Virus record (IMG/VR): IMGVR_UViG_3300024581_003238
Coordinates: 1 to 64,000 of that record
Reading direction: 5' to 3' (one strand)
DNA from: a virus
DNA length: 64,000 bases
Shown here: in pieces, positions 37,692-47,575 of the stretch
Position numbering within the stretch: position 1 is the first letter of the stretch
Layout of the letters: each line of letters begins with the position of its first letter
The notes under the pieces: generated by a model
The model's input: the letters and a program-made list of their open reading frames with translations, nothing else
What the model was told of the DNA's origin: nothing
The model's database searches: none
Made by a program: the position numbers and the translations under genes

Positions 37692-40142
37692 ATGAAAGTA
37701 AAAAAAAGAAATGGTTCCTTAGAGGAGATGAGATACGATAAGATCACAAGAAGGATTTCCGCATTGTGTTCTGATTTAAATTTAGAGTACGTCGATCCAA
37801 CGTATATTACATTGAAAGTAACTCAAGGTATATATGATGAGATTACTACGACTGAGTTAGATACATTAGCGGCAGAAACTGCAGCATCAATGACAACAAC
37901 TCACCCTGACTATTCAAAGTTGGCGGGTAGATTGGCGGTTACTAACTTACATAAAACAACACCTAAGAAGTTTTCACAAGCAATTAAGGAGTTGTACTCA
38001 TTTATTGAACCAAGAACAGGGAAGGAATCTTCATTAATTTCTGATGAATTGTACGATTTTGTTATGAAAAACAAATCCGTAATTGATGGTGCGATTGTTA
38101 AGGAAAGAGATTTTGATTTTGAATATTTTGGGTTTAAAACTTTAGAGAGATCATATCTTTTAAAAATCAGTGATAGAATTGTAGAAAGACCTCAATACAT
38201 GTATATGAGGGTTGCTATGGGTATTTGTAAAGGTGATATTGAAATGGGTCTAAGGATATATGATGACCTATCACAACACTATTATACTCACGCTACACCA
38301 ACATTATTTAATGCGGGTACAAGAAGACCCCAAATGTCCTCTTGTTTCCTTATTGGGAATAAGGGTGATGATATCAATGGTTTATTTGATACTATTCAGG
38401 ATGTTGCAAATATTTCTAAGTGGGCTGGAGGTATTGGTTTACACGTTCATGATGTTAGAGCTAAAGGGTCATACATTAAAGGAACGGGAGGTGAATCTGA
38501 TGGTTTATTACCAATGATGAAAACATATAATGAAGTTGCTCGTTGGATTAACCAAGGTGGAAAGAGAAAAGGTTCCTTTGCGGTGTATTTGGAACCATGG
38601 CATGCTGATGTTTTTGAGTTTATTGAATTAAGAAAAAACCATGGTAAGGAAGAAATGAGAGCAAGAGACTTGTTCTTAGCTATGTGGACCCCTGACCTCT
38701 TTATGGAAAGAGTTAAAGAAGATGGTGATTGGACATTATTTTCTCCTGACGAAGCACCAGGTTTATCTGATGTCTATGACTCACCTGAATCAAAAAACTT
38801 TACCGAACTCTATACAAAATATGAGGAAGAAGGAAAAGGTAGAAGAGTGGTCAAGGCGAGAAAACTAATGGACGCTATTCTAACGGCACAAATTGAGACG
38901 GGTACTCCTTACATGTTATATAAAGACGCGGCAAACTCTAAATCTAATCAAAAGAATTTAGGTACAATTAAATCGTCGAACTTATGTACTGAAATTATTG
39001 AATACAGTTCACCAACGGAACAGGCGGTATGTAATTTAGCGTCCATAGCATTACCAAAATACATTGTAGATGGAGAATTTAATCATAAATTACTATATGA
39101 TTATGTTTATCAAGTAGTTAGAAATTTAAATAATGTAATTGATTTAAACTTTTATCCAACGAAAGAAACTAAAAAATCTAATTTTAGACACAGACCAATT
39201 GGATTGGGAGTACAAGGGTTAGCAGATGTGTTTTGTCAACTTAAAATACCTTTCGAATCTCTGTTAGCGGATGATTTACAAACAGAAATTTTCGAAACAA
39301 TTTATTTTGCGGCAATGACTTCATCTAAAGATCTATCTTCTGAAGTTGGACCTTATGAAACAATCTCAGGATCACCGATTGAAAAGGGAACCTTTCAGTA
39401 CCAAATGTGGGGACTAAAAGATAAAGACCTATCAGGTAGATGGGATTGGAAAGGACTTAGAAAGGAAGTTGTAAAATACGGTGTTAGAAATTCACTATTA
39501 TTTGCACCAATGCCAACGGCATCTACGGCTCAAATATTAGGTAATAACGAGGCATTTGAACCATTTACTTCTAATTTATATTCAAGAAGAACTTTAGGTG
39601 GGGAATTTATTGTTATCAATAAACACCTTGTTAAAAGTTTAATGGAAAATAATCTTTGGAACGACGAAATAAAGAATAAACTCATTATGGAGAATGGGTC
39701 AGTTCAAAATATACCTGAGATCCCTGTGGAGATCAAAGAAGTTTATAAGACGGTTTGGGAAATGTCACAGAAAAAATTACTTAATATGGCGGCAAGGAGA
39801 TCTGTATTTATTGACCAATCACAATCATTGAATTTATTCATTAGTAATGCAACTAAGGCAAAATTATTGGCGGCACATTTACACGGTTGGTCTTTAGGGT
39901 TAAAAACAGGTATGTACTATCTAAGAACTCGTTCGGCGGTTGATCCATTAAAAGGGTTGGGTGTAAGTACTAGTAGAACACAACCCAAATCTGAGGAAGT
40001 TGTTGAAAACACAGAAACAGAAGAAAAACCAAACGTAACATCTAATTCGTTAATAAGTGATAATAAAGAATTAGAAATGGTTTCACAACCAACAATTAGA
40101 CCTGATGACTCACCTTTTGAGTGTGAGGGTTGTGGTTCGTGA
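37692..40142 (+). CDS. nrdA: Ribonucleotide reductase class Ia alpha subunit with ATP cone
   Basis: N-terminal VKKRNG cone, TPTLFNAG, SSCFL, SNLCTEI, APMPTAST, KTGMYY, C-terminal CEGC. Confidence 0.97.
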   Translation: MKVKKRNGSLEEMRYDKITRRISALCSDLNLEYVDPTYITLKVTQGIYDEITTTELDTLAAETAASMTTTHPDYSKLAGRLAVTNLHKTTPKKFSQAIKELYSFIEPRTGKESSLISDELYDFVMKNKSVIDGAIVKERDFDFEYFGFKTLERSYLLKISDRIVERPQYMYMRVAMGICKGDIEMGLRIYDDLSQHYYTHATPTLFNAGTRRPQMSSCFLIGNKGDDINGLFDTIQDVANISKWAGGIGLHVHDVRAKGSYIKGTGGESDGLLPMMKTYNEVARWINQGGKRKGSFAVYLEPWHADVFEFIELRKNHGKEEMRARDLFLAMWTPDLFMERVKEDGDWTLFSPDEAPGLSDVYDSPESKNFTELYTKYEEEGKGRRVVKARKLMDAILTAQIETGTPYMLYKDAANSKSNQKNLGTIKSSNLCTEIIEYSSPTEQAVCNLASIALPKYIVDGEFNHKLLYDYVYQVVRNLNNVIDLNFYPTKETKKSNFRHRPIGLGVQGLADVFCQLKIPFESLLADDLQTEIFETIYFAAMTSSKDLSSEVGPYETISGSPIEKGTFQYQMWGLKDKDLSGRWDWKGLRKEVVKYGVRNSLLFAPMPTASTAQILGNNEAFEPFTSNLYSRRTLGGEFIVINKHLVKSLMENNLWNDEIKNKLIMENGSVQNIPEIPVEIKEVYKTVWEMSQKKLLNMAARRSVFIDQSQSLNLFISNATKAKLLAAHLHGWSLGLKTGMYYLRTRSAVDPLKGLGVSTSRTQPKSEEVVENTETEEKPNVTSNSLISDNKELEMVSQPTIRPDDSPFECEGCGS

Positions 40143-40165
40143 CCGTTTTTTTTATTAGTTTTTAT

Positions 40166-40190
40166 AAACCCACCTTTTGGTGGGTTTTTT
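40166..40190 (+). terminator. Intrinsic terminator ending the replication/nrd operon
   Basis: AAACCCACC-TTTT-GGTGGGTTT followed by a T-tract. Confidence 0.8.
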
Positions 40191-40227
40191 ATTTACACTC
40201 ATTTTAGTATTGAATATATTTATTAGT

Positions 40228-40680
40228 ATGGCAGTAACGTATGGAATTGACTTTCCTTTTAGAGAAAGTTTGACAGGTGATTATTTAAAGATGACACTAA
40301 CCCCCGAAAAAGAGGTTAGAGCAAACCTTATTCACCTTATTCTAACTAAAAAAGGAAGTAGATATTATTTACCTGATTTTGGTACAAGAATATATGAGTA
40401 CATATTTGATCAAAATGACATGATTACATTTAACTTAATTGAAGAGGAAATACGTGAAGGTTGTAAAAAATACTTACCTAATTTAGATATAAACTCTATC
40501 AGAGTAATTTCTGCAGAAGACGATACGGATCCCGTAACTACTGTTGATGAAGAAGACGATGAAAGATTATTTAGGTTAGCTGATGAGTCTACCAAACCAT
40601 ACACCGCAAAGGTTAAAATAGATTATACTGTTAATAATGGTGCGTTTTCGTCATCAGATTTTATTATAATAAACATATAA
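40228..40680 (+). CDS. Baseplate wedge / sheath initiator (T4 gp25-like)
   Basis: GIDFPF, NLIHLILTKKGSRYYLPDFGT.IYEYIFD; ATG 40228 lies 4 nt after TATTTAT. Confidence 0.9.
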   Translation: MAVTYGIDFPFRESLTGDYLKMTLTPEKEVRANLIHLILTKKGSRYYLPDFGTRIYEYIFDQNDMITFNLIEEEIREGCKKYLPNLDINSIRVISAEDDTDPVTTVDEEDDERLFRLADESTKPYTAKVKIDYTVNNGAFSSSDFIIINI

Positions 40681-40681
40681 G

Positions 40682-42514
40682 ATGGCTAAGAAAATATCAT
40701 ACGCTAAAAGAGACTTCGCAGGGTTAAGAGAAGAGTTAGTTAATTTAACTAAAGATTATTATCCTGATTTAATTAAAAACACCAATGACGCATCAATCTA
40801 TTCAGTGATGTTAGATTTAAATGCTGCAATTGGTGATAACTTACATTATCATATTGATAGAGTTTGGCAAGAAACAATGTTGGATTTTGCACAACAAAGA
40901 AGATCACTCTTTCATATTGCAAAAACATATGGTATTAACGTACCGGGTAATAGACCGTCAGTTGCTTTGGCGGATTTTTCGGTTAACGTTCCTGTAAGAG
41001 GAGATAAAGAAGATGAGAGGTACTTAGGAGTTTTAAAGGCAGGGGCTCAGATATCGGGTGGAGGACAGACATTTGAAACAATAGAAGATATTGACTTCTC
41101 AACTCCATTTAATAGTAAAGGAGAACCAAATAGACTAAAGATACCCAATTTCGACTCTAATAATAAATTGATATCTTATACTATTACCAAGAGAGATGCA
41201 ATAGTTAACGGAGTTTCAAGGGTATTTAGAAGAGTAATCGGGGCTCAAGATCAGAAACCATTTCTTAAATTGTATTTACCCGAACAAAACGTTTTAGGGG
41301 TAACTTCAATAATACATAAAGAAGGAACTAATTTTACCTCTAACCCATCAACATCAGAATTCCAATCTGAAGAAAATAGATGGTATGAAGTTAAAAGTCT
41401 AATGGAGGACAAAGTTTTCTTACCAAATAAAACATCGTCTTCAGATACAAGTAATTTTACTGCGGGAGACTATAGAAGGGTATCTAATAAGTTTATTACA
41501 GAATACACACCTGAGGGTTATATGTCTGTAACTTTTGGATCGGGTAATGTAGATCCGTTAGATAATTTGGATTCTTTTAATGACGGTACTTTAAAGGTAA
41601 ACTTAGGTACATACTTAAATAATCTTTCCTTAGGTGCAACCCCAAAGAAGAATTCTACTGTTTTTGTAAAATATAGAATTGGGGGTGGTAAAAATTCAAA
41701 CTTGGGTGTTAATGTGATAAACAGTGTTGATAATATTGAGTTTAATGTTACAGGACCACTAACCAATATTAATAATCAAGTTGTACGTTCTTTAAATGTA
41801 ACGAATGTAACACCTGCGGTAGGTGGTGCAGACCAACCAACTATAGAAGAAATTAGAAATATGGTGGGGTACAATTTTGCAGCACAAGACAGAGCGGTAA
41901 CATTAAATGATTATAAAGTTTTAATTGAAACAATGCCATCTACGTATGGAGCACCCGCTAAAGTAAATGTAATGGAAGAGGATAATAAGATTAAAATAAA
42001 ACTTCTTTCATACGACGATGAAGGTAACCTTAGTGATACCACATCAACAACATTAAAAAATAACATACTAAGGTATCTTACGAATTATAGAATGATCAAT
42101 GATTATATCGACATACAAAGTGGTGAGGTTGTTGATTTAGGTTTAGAGATAGATCTTTTACTTGATAAAAATATAAATCAAACAGATATACTTAAAGAAG
42201 TTGTTACACAATCTTCTTCTTTCTTTAGTATTGACAAACGAAAAATGGGTGACCCACTATTTGTTGGGGAACTACAAAAAGAAATATCAAATATTTCGGG
42301 TATTGTTAATGTTGTAGACTTAAGAGTGTTTGGTAAAACGGGTGGAGAATACTCAGTGGCAGAAGTAAGTCAAGGTTATTCGGACGAGGAAACAAAACAA
42401 ATTTTACAATCAGACTCTACTATCTTCATGAAAAGTAATCAAATCTTCCAAATTAGATTCCCTAATAAAGACATAAAAATTAGGGTTAAATCTTTAGGTT
42501 CCACTACATTTTAA
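40682..42514 (+). CDS. Baseplate wedge protein (T4 gp6 / baseplate J-like)
   Basis: Y..RDF..LR, FG.G, V.YRIGGG..SN, GGAD...IEEIR, AQDRAVTL.DY. Confidence 0.9.
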   Translation: MAKKISYAKRDFAGLREELVNLTKDYYPDLIKNTNDASIYSVMLDLNAAIGDNLHYHIDRVWQETMLDFAQQRRSLFHIAKTYGINVPGNRPSVALADFSVNVPVRGDKEDERYLGVLKAGAQISGGGQTFETIEDIDFSTPFNSKGEPNRLKIPNFDSNNKLISYTITKRDAIVNGVSRVFRRVIGAQDQKPFLKLYLPEQNVLGVTSIIHKEGTNFTSNPSTSEFQSEENRWYEVKSLMEDKVFLPNKTSSSDTSNFTAGDYRRVSNKFITEYTPEGYMSVTFGSGNVDPLDNLDSFNDGTLKVNLGTYLNNLSLGATPKKNSTVFVKYRIGGGKNSNLGVNVINSVDNIEFNVTGPLTNINNQVVRSLNVTNVTPAVGGADQPTIEEIRNMVGYNFAAQDRAVTLNDYKVLIETMPSTYGAPAKVNVMEEDNKIKIKLLSYDDEGNLSDTTSTTLKNNILRYLTNYRMINDYIDIQSGEVVDLGLEIDLLLDKNINQTDILKEVVTQSSSFFSIDKRKMGDPLFVGELQKEISNISGIVNVVDLRVFGKTGGEYSVAEVSQGYSDEETKQILQSDSTIFMKSNQIFQIRFPNKDIKIRVKSLGSTTF

Positions 42515-42574
42515 TAATCTTTTTCTGTATTATTATTAATTAAGGGAAATTAGGTTCCAATCTATTTATATGAT

Positions 42575-45500
42575 ATGATGCAGAAACACCGGATACGTAC
42601 CGAAATTGGAAAGAATCAGAAATTAACTGTTGAGTTAAAACAAGATTACGATCTTTTAGAAATTCTTTCACTTAAATTCACACAAAAAGATTTATACACA
42701 TCTATTTGTGCGGATTATGGTGTTATATGTGGTCGTATCTCTATTAATGATGGTGTTGGGGTAGCTAACGCAAGAGTTTCGGTTTTCGTCCCACTTTCGG
42801 ACGAGGATAGTGAGGACCCAATAATTAGTAAACTTTATCCTTTCACCACTACAACGGACACAACAGAAGAAGGTTATAGGTATAACCTACTCCCAAGTAG
42901 AAAACAACATACGGGACATACACCTACAGGTACTTTTCCTGACCAAGAAGATATATTGTCAAGAGAAGAAGTTTTGGAGGTTTATGAGAAATATTATAAG
43001 TACACCGTAAAGACAAATGATTCGGGAGATTTTATGATATGGGGGGTACCTGTTGGAAGACAAACTCTTCATGTTGATGTTGATTTATCCGATATGGGTT
43101 GTAATTCTTTAACACCTTATGATTTAGTTTATGATGGTGAATCTAAAGAAAAATTTGAAAACATGTATACCTACATGTCTTCAGATAACTTGGATGGTCT
43201 ACCACAAATTGTAAAATTTGAACAAACAATAGAGGTTTATCCGTTTTGGGGTAATGAAGATCTATGTGAGATAGGAATTACGAGAACGGATTTTGATCTT
43301 AAAGATCAGGGTATACGCATCGAACCTTACGCCATTATGATGGGAGGTACTTTCACCGATTCGGGGAAAGACGCCCTCAGGGTTAACTGTAATGTAGATA
43401 ACCAAATGGGTGAGAAATGTAGACTAACCACATTTATGGGTGACGTTGAAGCGATACGGTTTTCGGGATTATATGAGAAAAATGCGGACGGTACCATAAA
43501 TAGAAGTAGACCTATATTAGAGGCGTTCCCTATAGATTCACAAATAAATGAGGACGGAGTTTATTTCTTCAGAGTTCCAATGAATTTAAAACGACTTATC
43601 ACTAATGAGTTTGGAGAAATGGAAGAAACCATAGATCCGACCAAAGGTATCCCAACACAAGGAAATTATAGGTTTAGGTTTAGTTTAAATGAGGATACGG
43701 GTGAGAGAAATAGATTCACAGGAAAGTATTTGGTACCTAATATTAGAGAATATCATATTAACGACACAAATAATTTAGGTGGACACACAACCATAAATGA
43801 TAAATCATACGCGTTTAGTACAAATTTAGATGACTACCCTGCGGAAGCAATTGATGAAATAGCGGGTACGAGTACTGAGGCAATTAATGCCAATCAAAAA
43901 CACGTACCACAAGATTACTTTTATCAGTTTAGACATGGTAGAGTTTTTGCCGCTTCGAGTTTTATAAATCAATATTATAAGAAGAGTGGGATTGAAAAAC
44001 TCTTTAGTTTTTTAGTTAGGGATAGAAACGAATCTTTTATTGGTATTAAAGAAATATGGCCAGCAGAGAAAGATGATTGTTCTCAGACTAATAATTATTT
44101 CCCTATAAACGACGCGGTTAGAAATCATAGATTCAACTTCTTTGTTCTGACAATCATTAGTTTCATTGAATATATTGGTTTAAGAATACAACTTTTTTTC
44201 AAAGAAATCACCACTCAAATACTTTTTGCAATTGCGGAAATTTTGGCGGGTACTGGTGTAACCAAGAAGGCGGCGGCTAAAATGTTTAGACGAGCAAAAG
44301 AGTTTCAGTTTAGAAATATATTTAAATTACGATTAATTACGTACCCCGACTGTTACGACTGTGAAGAAGATAATGAAGAGGGTGAAACAAGTATAGTAGG
44401 TGTAGAACAATATAATGTTAATGAGGACTTTGTTGACGCGGTTCTTGCGGGTACAGACCTTAGTAACGTAGATCCTAATATATCCACAGGTACTACAGCG
44501 TCTTCGTTAGGTGGGTTTACCTTTTTAGAACAGTATGCGGTCGCATTAGATAATTGTTCAGACTATACAGTTTCAAATAGTACTGGTGCGTCTGTGACGG
44601 TCTCATATAATAACTGTGAGGGGGTATCTCAAACATTTACTATTGCTGATGGTGCATCAGATACTGTAAGAGGTGCCGAAAATCAAAACAGTACTTTCAC
44701 AAACGCAGGATTATCCTCCACTGAAACGACCTTAGGTGCTGGTACTTTTAATGCTGATGATAATTTATATTTTCCCGCAGCATTTAATATTGTAAACGCA
44801 CCTTCAAATCCTCAAGAAGGTGATTTCCTTTTCAATACTTATATTTTCCGTGTAGACGCGTACGGTGCCGGTATTGTCGATTCAAATGGAAACCCAATAG
44901 TAGATACCTATTTAACGGTAGGACTTGGGCAACAATTCCCTATAGTATATTATAGCGGTCAGTGGGTTGTTCAGGGATTATATGGGGTTATCAACGACTC
45001 TATTAGTGAGGCGTTTAACACACCTGCAGATGAACCGGTTAATGATACTGCACATAGAACACAAGGAGAAGTATTAATAGATAATGTATGGTATATTGAA
45101 ACCGTAGATGTTGATGATGTTGATTTTGTAGAGTCAGAAAGTGGTTGTTCCAAATATGACACTATAATCGAGGACGAATCTGGTAGAACGGGAGATATGA
45201 AACTAAGACCTCTATTATCACCACTTACAGGTTCGAGTGGTAACATTCATACAACATATGCCGAAGCAAGGGATGATTTATTAACAAATAGAGCGGGTGG
45301 TGGTCTTTTTGGTAGTGCACAATGGGGTTCAATTCCATTATGGTATCAATACAGTCTTACGACTAGTTCAGAGTATTTTGATGAAATAACAGGAGTTAAT
45401 GAGGTTGAGTGTGAACCGAGAAACCCATACAACGTACTTGCGGTAATGTCTCACCATAATAAGAGATTTACATACCGAGATCCAAATAGTTTTGAAAACA

Positions 45501-46891
45501 ATGTTGTTCATTGTGTTATTAATGGACAATACTATGGTAAGGTTAAAAAGAAAGGACCTTATTGGGTAGATTCAAGTTTAGTTAAAGACGGTACTGTTTC
45601 GGGATATTCAGAATTTAGAGATGGTGTTTTTACGATAGTTCCTCTCGCGGGTAGAACTGGAGAATTATTAAATTCATATAGAAGAAGAAAGTTATTTGGT
45701 AAACTTATGTGTGGGGGTGTTGTATCATACACATTCGCAAACTCTTGGTTAAATGGGGCAATGTACTTTTTCCAATTTATGAAAAGAAGTAGTACTAGAT
45801 TTTGTAAGGACTGTGTAAAACGAATTAAGGATGACACGGGTGTACACTATTACTACAGGTCCACACCTTTTGATCCTAATTATAATCATTCTGAAACTCA
45901 ATATAATTACGATGATAATGGTAATAGCACAGGAGTTAACTCAACTCTAACAACAGAATACCAAGAAAGGTCCACAGGTTTTTATGGAAGTAGAAAAGGT
46001 GTTCTTTTTCCAAATACTGATGGTTTAGTTATAAGTCAAGTAGAAATTAATTTTCCAACCACAGTGGTTGATTTAGGTCCAAGAAATACATGGTTAAAAG
46101 AAGTATGTGTAGACCCTGAGTTAGACCCTAACTGTTCGGTTTCAAGGAGTATCGGTTCAACATCTTACAAAGGACTTGATGATTTGATGGAATATATTAT
46201 ACAATCAAAAGAAATAAAAGAAAAAGGTAGGTTAGATGTTCAGGACTTATTTGATTCACGAAGTGCGGGTAAAATAGATGGAGACATTGCTCAACTTATG
46301 AACTTTAATACTCAAACGGGAATATATCCATTTGAATTTGAGGAATTGGATTCACCATACACCGCAGAATACTCAACATTATTTGACAGTAAAGGACCTG
46401 TAGGATTAAATTTAGTGTTCTCTGAAGATGACCCCGATACCGTTGAATTAGAACAAGCAGGAGAGTTAGTAAGGGAATGTCTTAATGAACCTACGAGATT
46501 GGGGGATAATTCACAAAGAATACCATATTTCATGTGGGATACAAGGGGACACGGATTTGGTGAAAATTTGGGTAATGGAGAAAATCAAAATTACGAAGAC
46601 GATTTAATTTATAACCAAAGATTACAACAAATGAGAGCTAACTTGAATACTGACCTTAATACAGATCCTGCAGATGATAATTACTATAACCCTTACTTAT
46701 TACCACCTATTAGAGATTGTCTCGAAAGAAATGGGGTTAAAAAGAAATCACATGACAATTATAAAGAATATACCGTTGATGGACAGAGAAGACACTTGAT
46801 GGAGATAGGGTCACCCTTCCACTACCATTTAGGTCTTAGAAAAGGAAAAACGGCATATGATAAGTTTATTGAAAATTTTGGACCAAGATAA
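42575..46891 (+). CDS. Large baseplate-associated structural protein
   Basis: Follows gp6. N-terminal GRI....GVANARVSVF..TNDSGDFMIWGVPVG.QTLHVDVD resembles a carboxypeptidase-regulatory-like beta sandwich; has the late motif. Confidence 0.6.
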   Translation: MMQKHRIRTEIGKNQKLTVELKQDYDLLEILSLKFTQKDLYTSICADYGVICGRISINDGVGVANARVSVFVPLSDEDSEDPIISKLYPFTTTTDTTEEGYRYNLLPSRKQHTGHTPTGTFPDQEDILSREEVLEVYEKYYKYTVKTNDSGDFMIWGVPVGRQTLHVDVDLSDMGCNSLTPYDLVYDGESKEKFENMYTYMSSDNLDGLPQIVKFEQTIEVYPFWGNEDLCEIGITRTDFDLKDQGIRIEPYAIMMGGTFTDSGKDALRVNCNVDNQMGEKCRLTTFMGDVEAIRFSGLYEKNADGTINRSRPILEAFPIDSQINEDGVYFFRVPMNLKRLITNEFGEMEETIDPTKGIPTQGNYRFRFSLNEDTGERNRFTGKYLVPNIREYHINDTNNLGGHTTINDKSYAFSTNLDDYPAEAIDEIAGTSTEAINANQKHVPQDYFYQFRHGRVFAASSFINQYYKKSGIEKLFSFLVRDRNESFIGIKEIWPAEKDDCSQTNNYFPINDAVRNHRFNFFVLTIISFIEYIGLRIQLFFKEITTQILFAIAEILAGTGVTKKAAAKMFRRAKEFQFRNIFKLRLITYPDCYDCEEDNEEGETSIVGVEQYNVNEDFVDAVLAGTDLSNVDPNISTGTTASSLGGFTFLEQYAVALDNCSDYTVSNSTGASVTVSYNNCEGVSQTFTIADGASDTVRGAENQNSTFTNAGLSSTETTLGAGTFNADDNLYFPAAFNIVNAPSNPQEGDFLFNTYIFRVDAYGAGIVDSNGNPIVDTYLTVGLGQQFPIVYYSGQWVVQGLYGVINDSISEAFNTPADEPVNDTAHRTQGEVLIDNVWYIETVDVDDVDFVESESGCSKYDTIIEDESGRTGDMKLRPLLSPLTGSSGNIHTTYAEARDDLLTNRAGGGLFGSAQWGSIPLWYQYSLTTSSEYFDEITGVNEVECEPRNPYNVLAVMSHHNKRFTYRDPNSFENNVVHCVINGQYYGKVKKKGPYWVDSSLVKDGTVSGYSEFRDGVFTIVPLAGRTGELLNSYRRRKLFGKLMCGGVVSYTFANSWLNGAMYFFQFMKRSSTRFCKDCVKRIKDDTGVHYYYRSTPFDPNYNHSETQYNYDDNGNSTGVNSTLTTEYQERSTGFYGSRKGVLFPNTDGLVISQVEINFPTTVVDLGPRNTWLKEVCVDPELDPNCSVSRSIGSTSYKGLDDLMEYIIQSKEIKEKGRLDVQDLFDSRSAGKIDGDIAQLMNFNTQTGIYPFEFEELDSPYTAEYSTLFDSKGPVGLNLVFSEDDPDTVELEQAGELVRECLNEPTRLGDNSQRIPYFMWDTRGHGFGENLGNGENQNYEDDLIYNQRLQQMRANLNTDLNTDPADDNYYNPYLLPPIRDCLERNGVKKKSHDNYKEYTVDGQRRHLMEIGSPFHYHLGLRKGKTAYDKFIENFGPR

Positions 46892-46892
46892 T

Positions 46893-47573
46893 ATGTTTTT
46901 TAAAAAAAGAAAACCAAGTCATTTCATAGTATATTTTCTCTATAAGAATGAGGAAAGAAGACTCTATAATTTTTTATCTAAAATAACGCACAGTGTTATT
47001 GGATCAACAAATGATGTAGATGACATTATAAATAAAATTAGGGTATTTGTTAAAAAGAATGAAGGTTTAAAATTAGACCAAATTAATTTAACAAGTTATG
47101 GTGATGGTTATTCTATTGTTATGGGTTTAACTGATGAAGATGTGATTAGAATAATCGACGAATTAAAACCTATTATTCATAGTAAAACAAGGATAATGAC
47201 CACTACGTGTTTTAGTGGTTCGACTCTAAGAAAATTAGTAGAATTATCAGAACATTATGGTGGATTGGAAGTATATGGTCTGTTAGGTGAATATACCTTA
47301 TCCTCAAAGATGAATAAGTGTAAATGTAAAGACAAGGGATATAGTCAAAGAGTTATTCACGGATTACCTAAAAGTAGATGGGGGTTTGATTACGACGCGG
47401 TTAAAGTCGTGAACACATACCGAAGAGACGAAGGTGAAAAGGTTAATTGGAAAAGAGGGGGAATGGCGTATGAATATGATAAACTTATGGTTAAAGAGGG
47501 TGTGTGTGATTTAAATCAAAAACAACCACATACACTGTTAAGATCGATAGTAAATTATTTATTCAATATATAG
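46893..47573 (+). CDS. Basic hypothetical protein with DUF4347/caspase-like fold motifs
   Basis: LDQINLTSYGDG...LKPII...RIMTTTCFSG parallels the (S)HG...GC pattern; ATG 46893. Confidence 0.45.
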   Translation: MFFKKRKPSHFIVYFLYKNEERRLYNFLSKITHSVIGSTNDVDDIINKIRVFVKKNEGLKLDQINLTSYGDGYSIVMGLTDEDVIRIIDELKPIIHSKTRIMTTTCFSGSTLRKLVELSEHYGGLEVYGLLGEYTLSSKMNKCKCKDKGYSQRVIHGLPKSRWGFDYDAVKVVNTYRRDEGEKVNWKRGGMAYEYDKLMVKEGVCDLNQKQPHTLLRSIVNYLFNI

Positions 47574-47575
47574 TA

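Noticed and set aside
4537-40142. Inteins or introns in polymerase, helicases, recA, nrdA/nrdB
   Set aside because: All ORFs are continuous, of near-normal size, with no splicing motifs seen.
13349-42514. Bacterial extracellular contractile injection system or tailocin
   Set aside because: Neck genes and a full phage replication set are interleaved, which indicates a phage genome.
31776-46892. Upstream starts in the ORF track (31776, 32770, 40177, 46857; also 4516)
   Set aside because: The extensions run through promoter, hairpin or terminator sequence or the previous gene; the downstream ATGs fit better.
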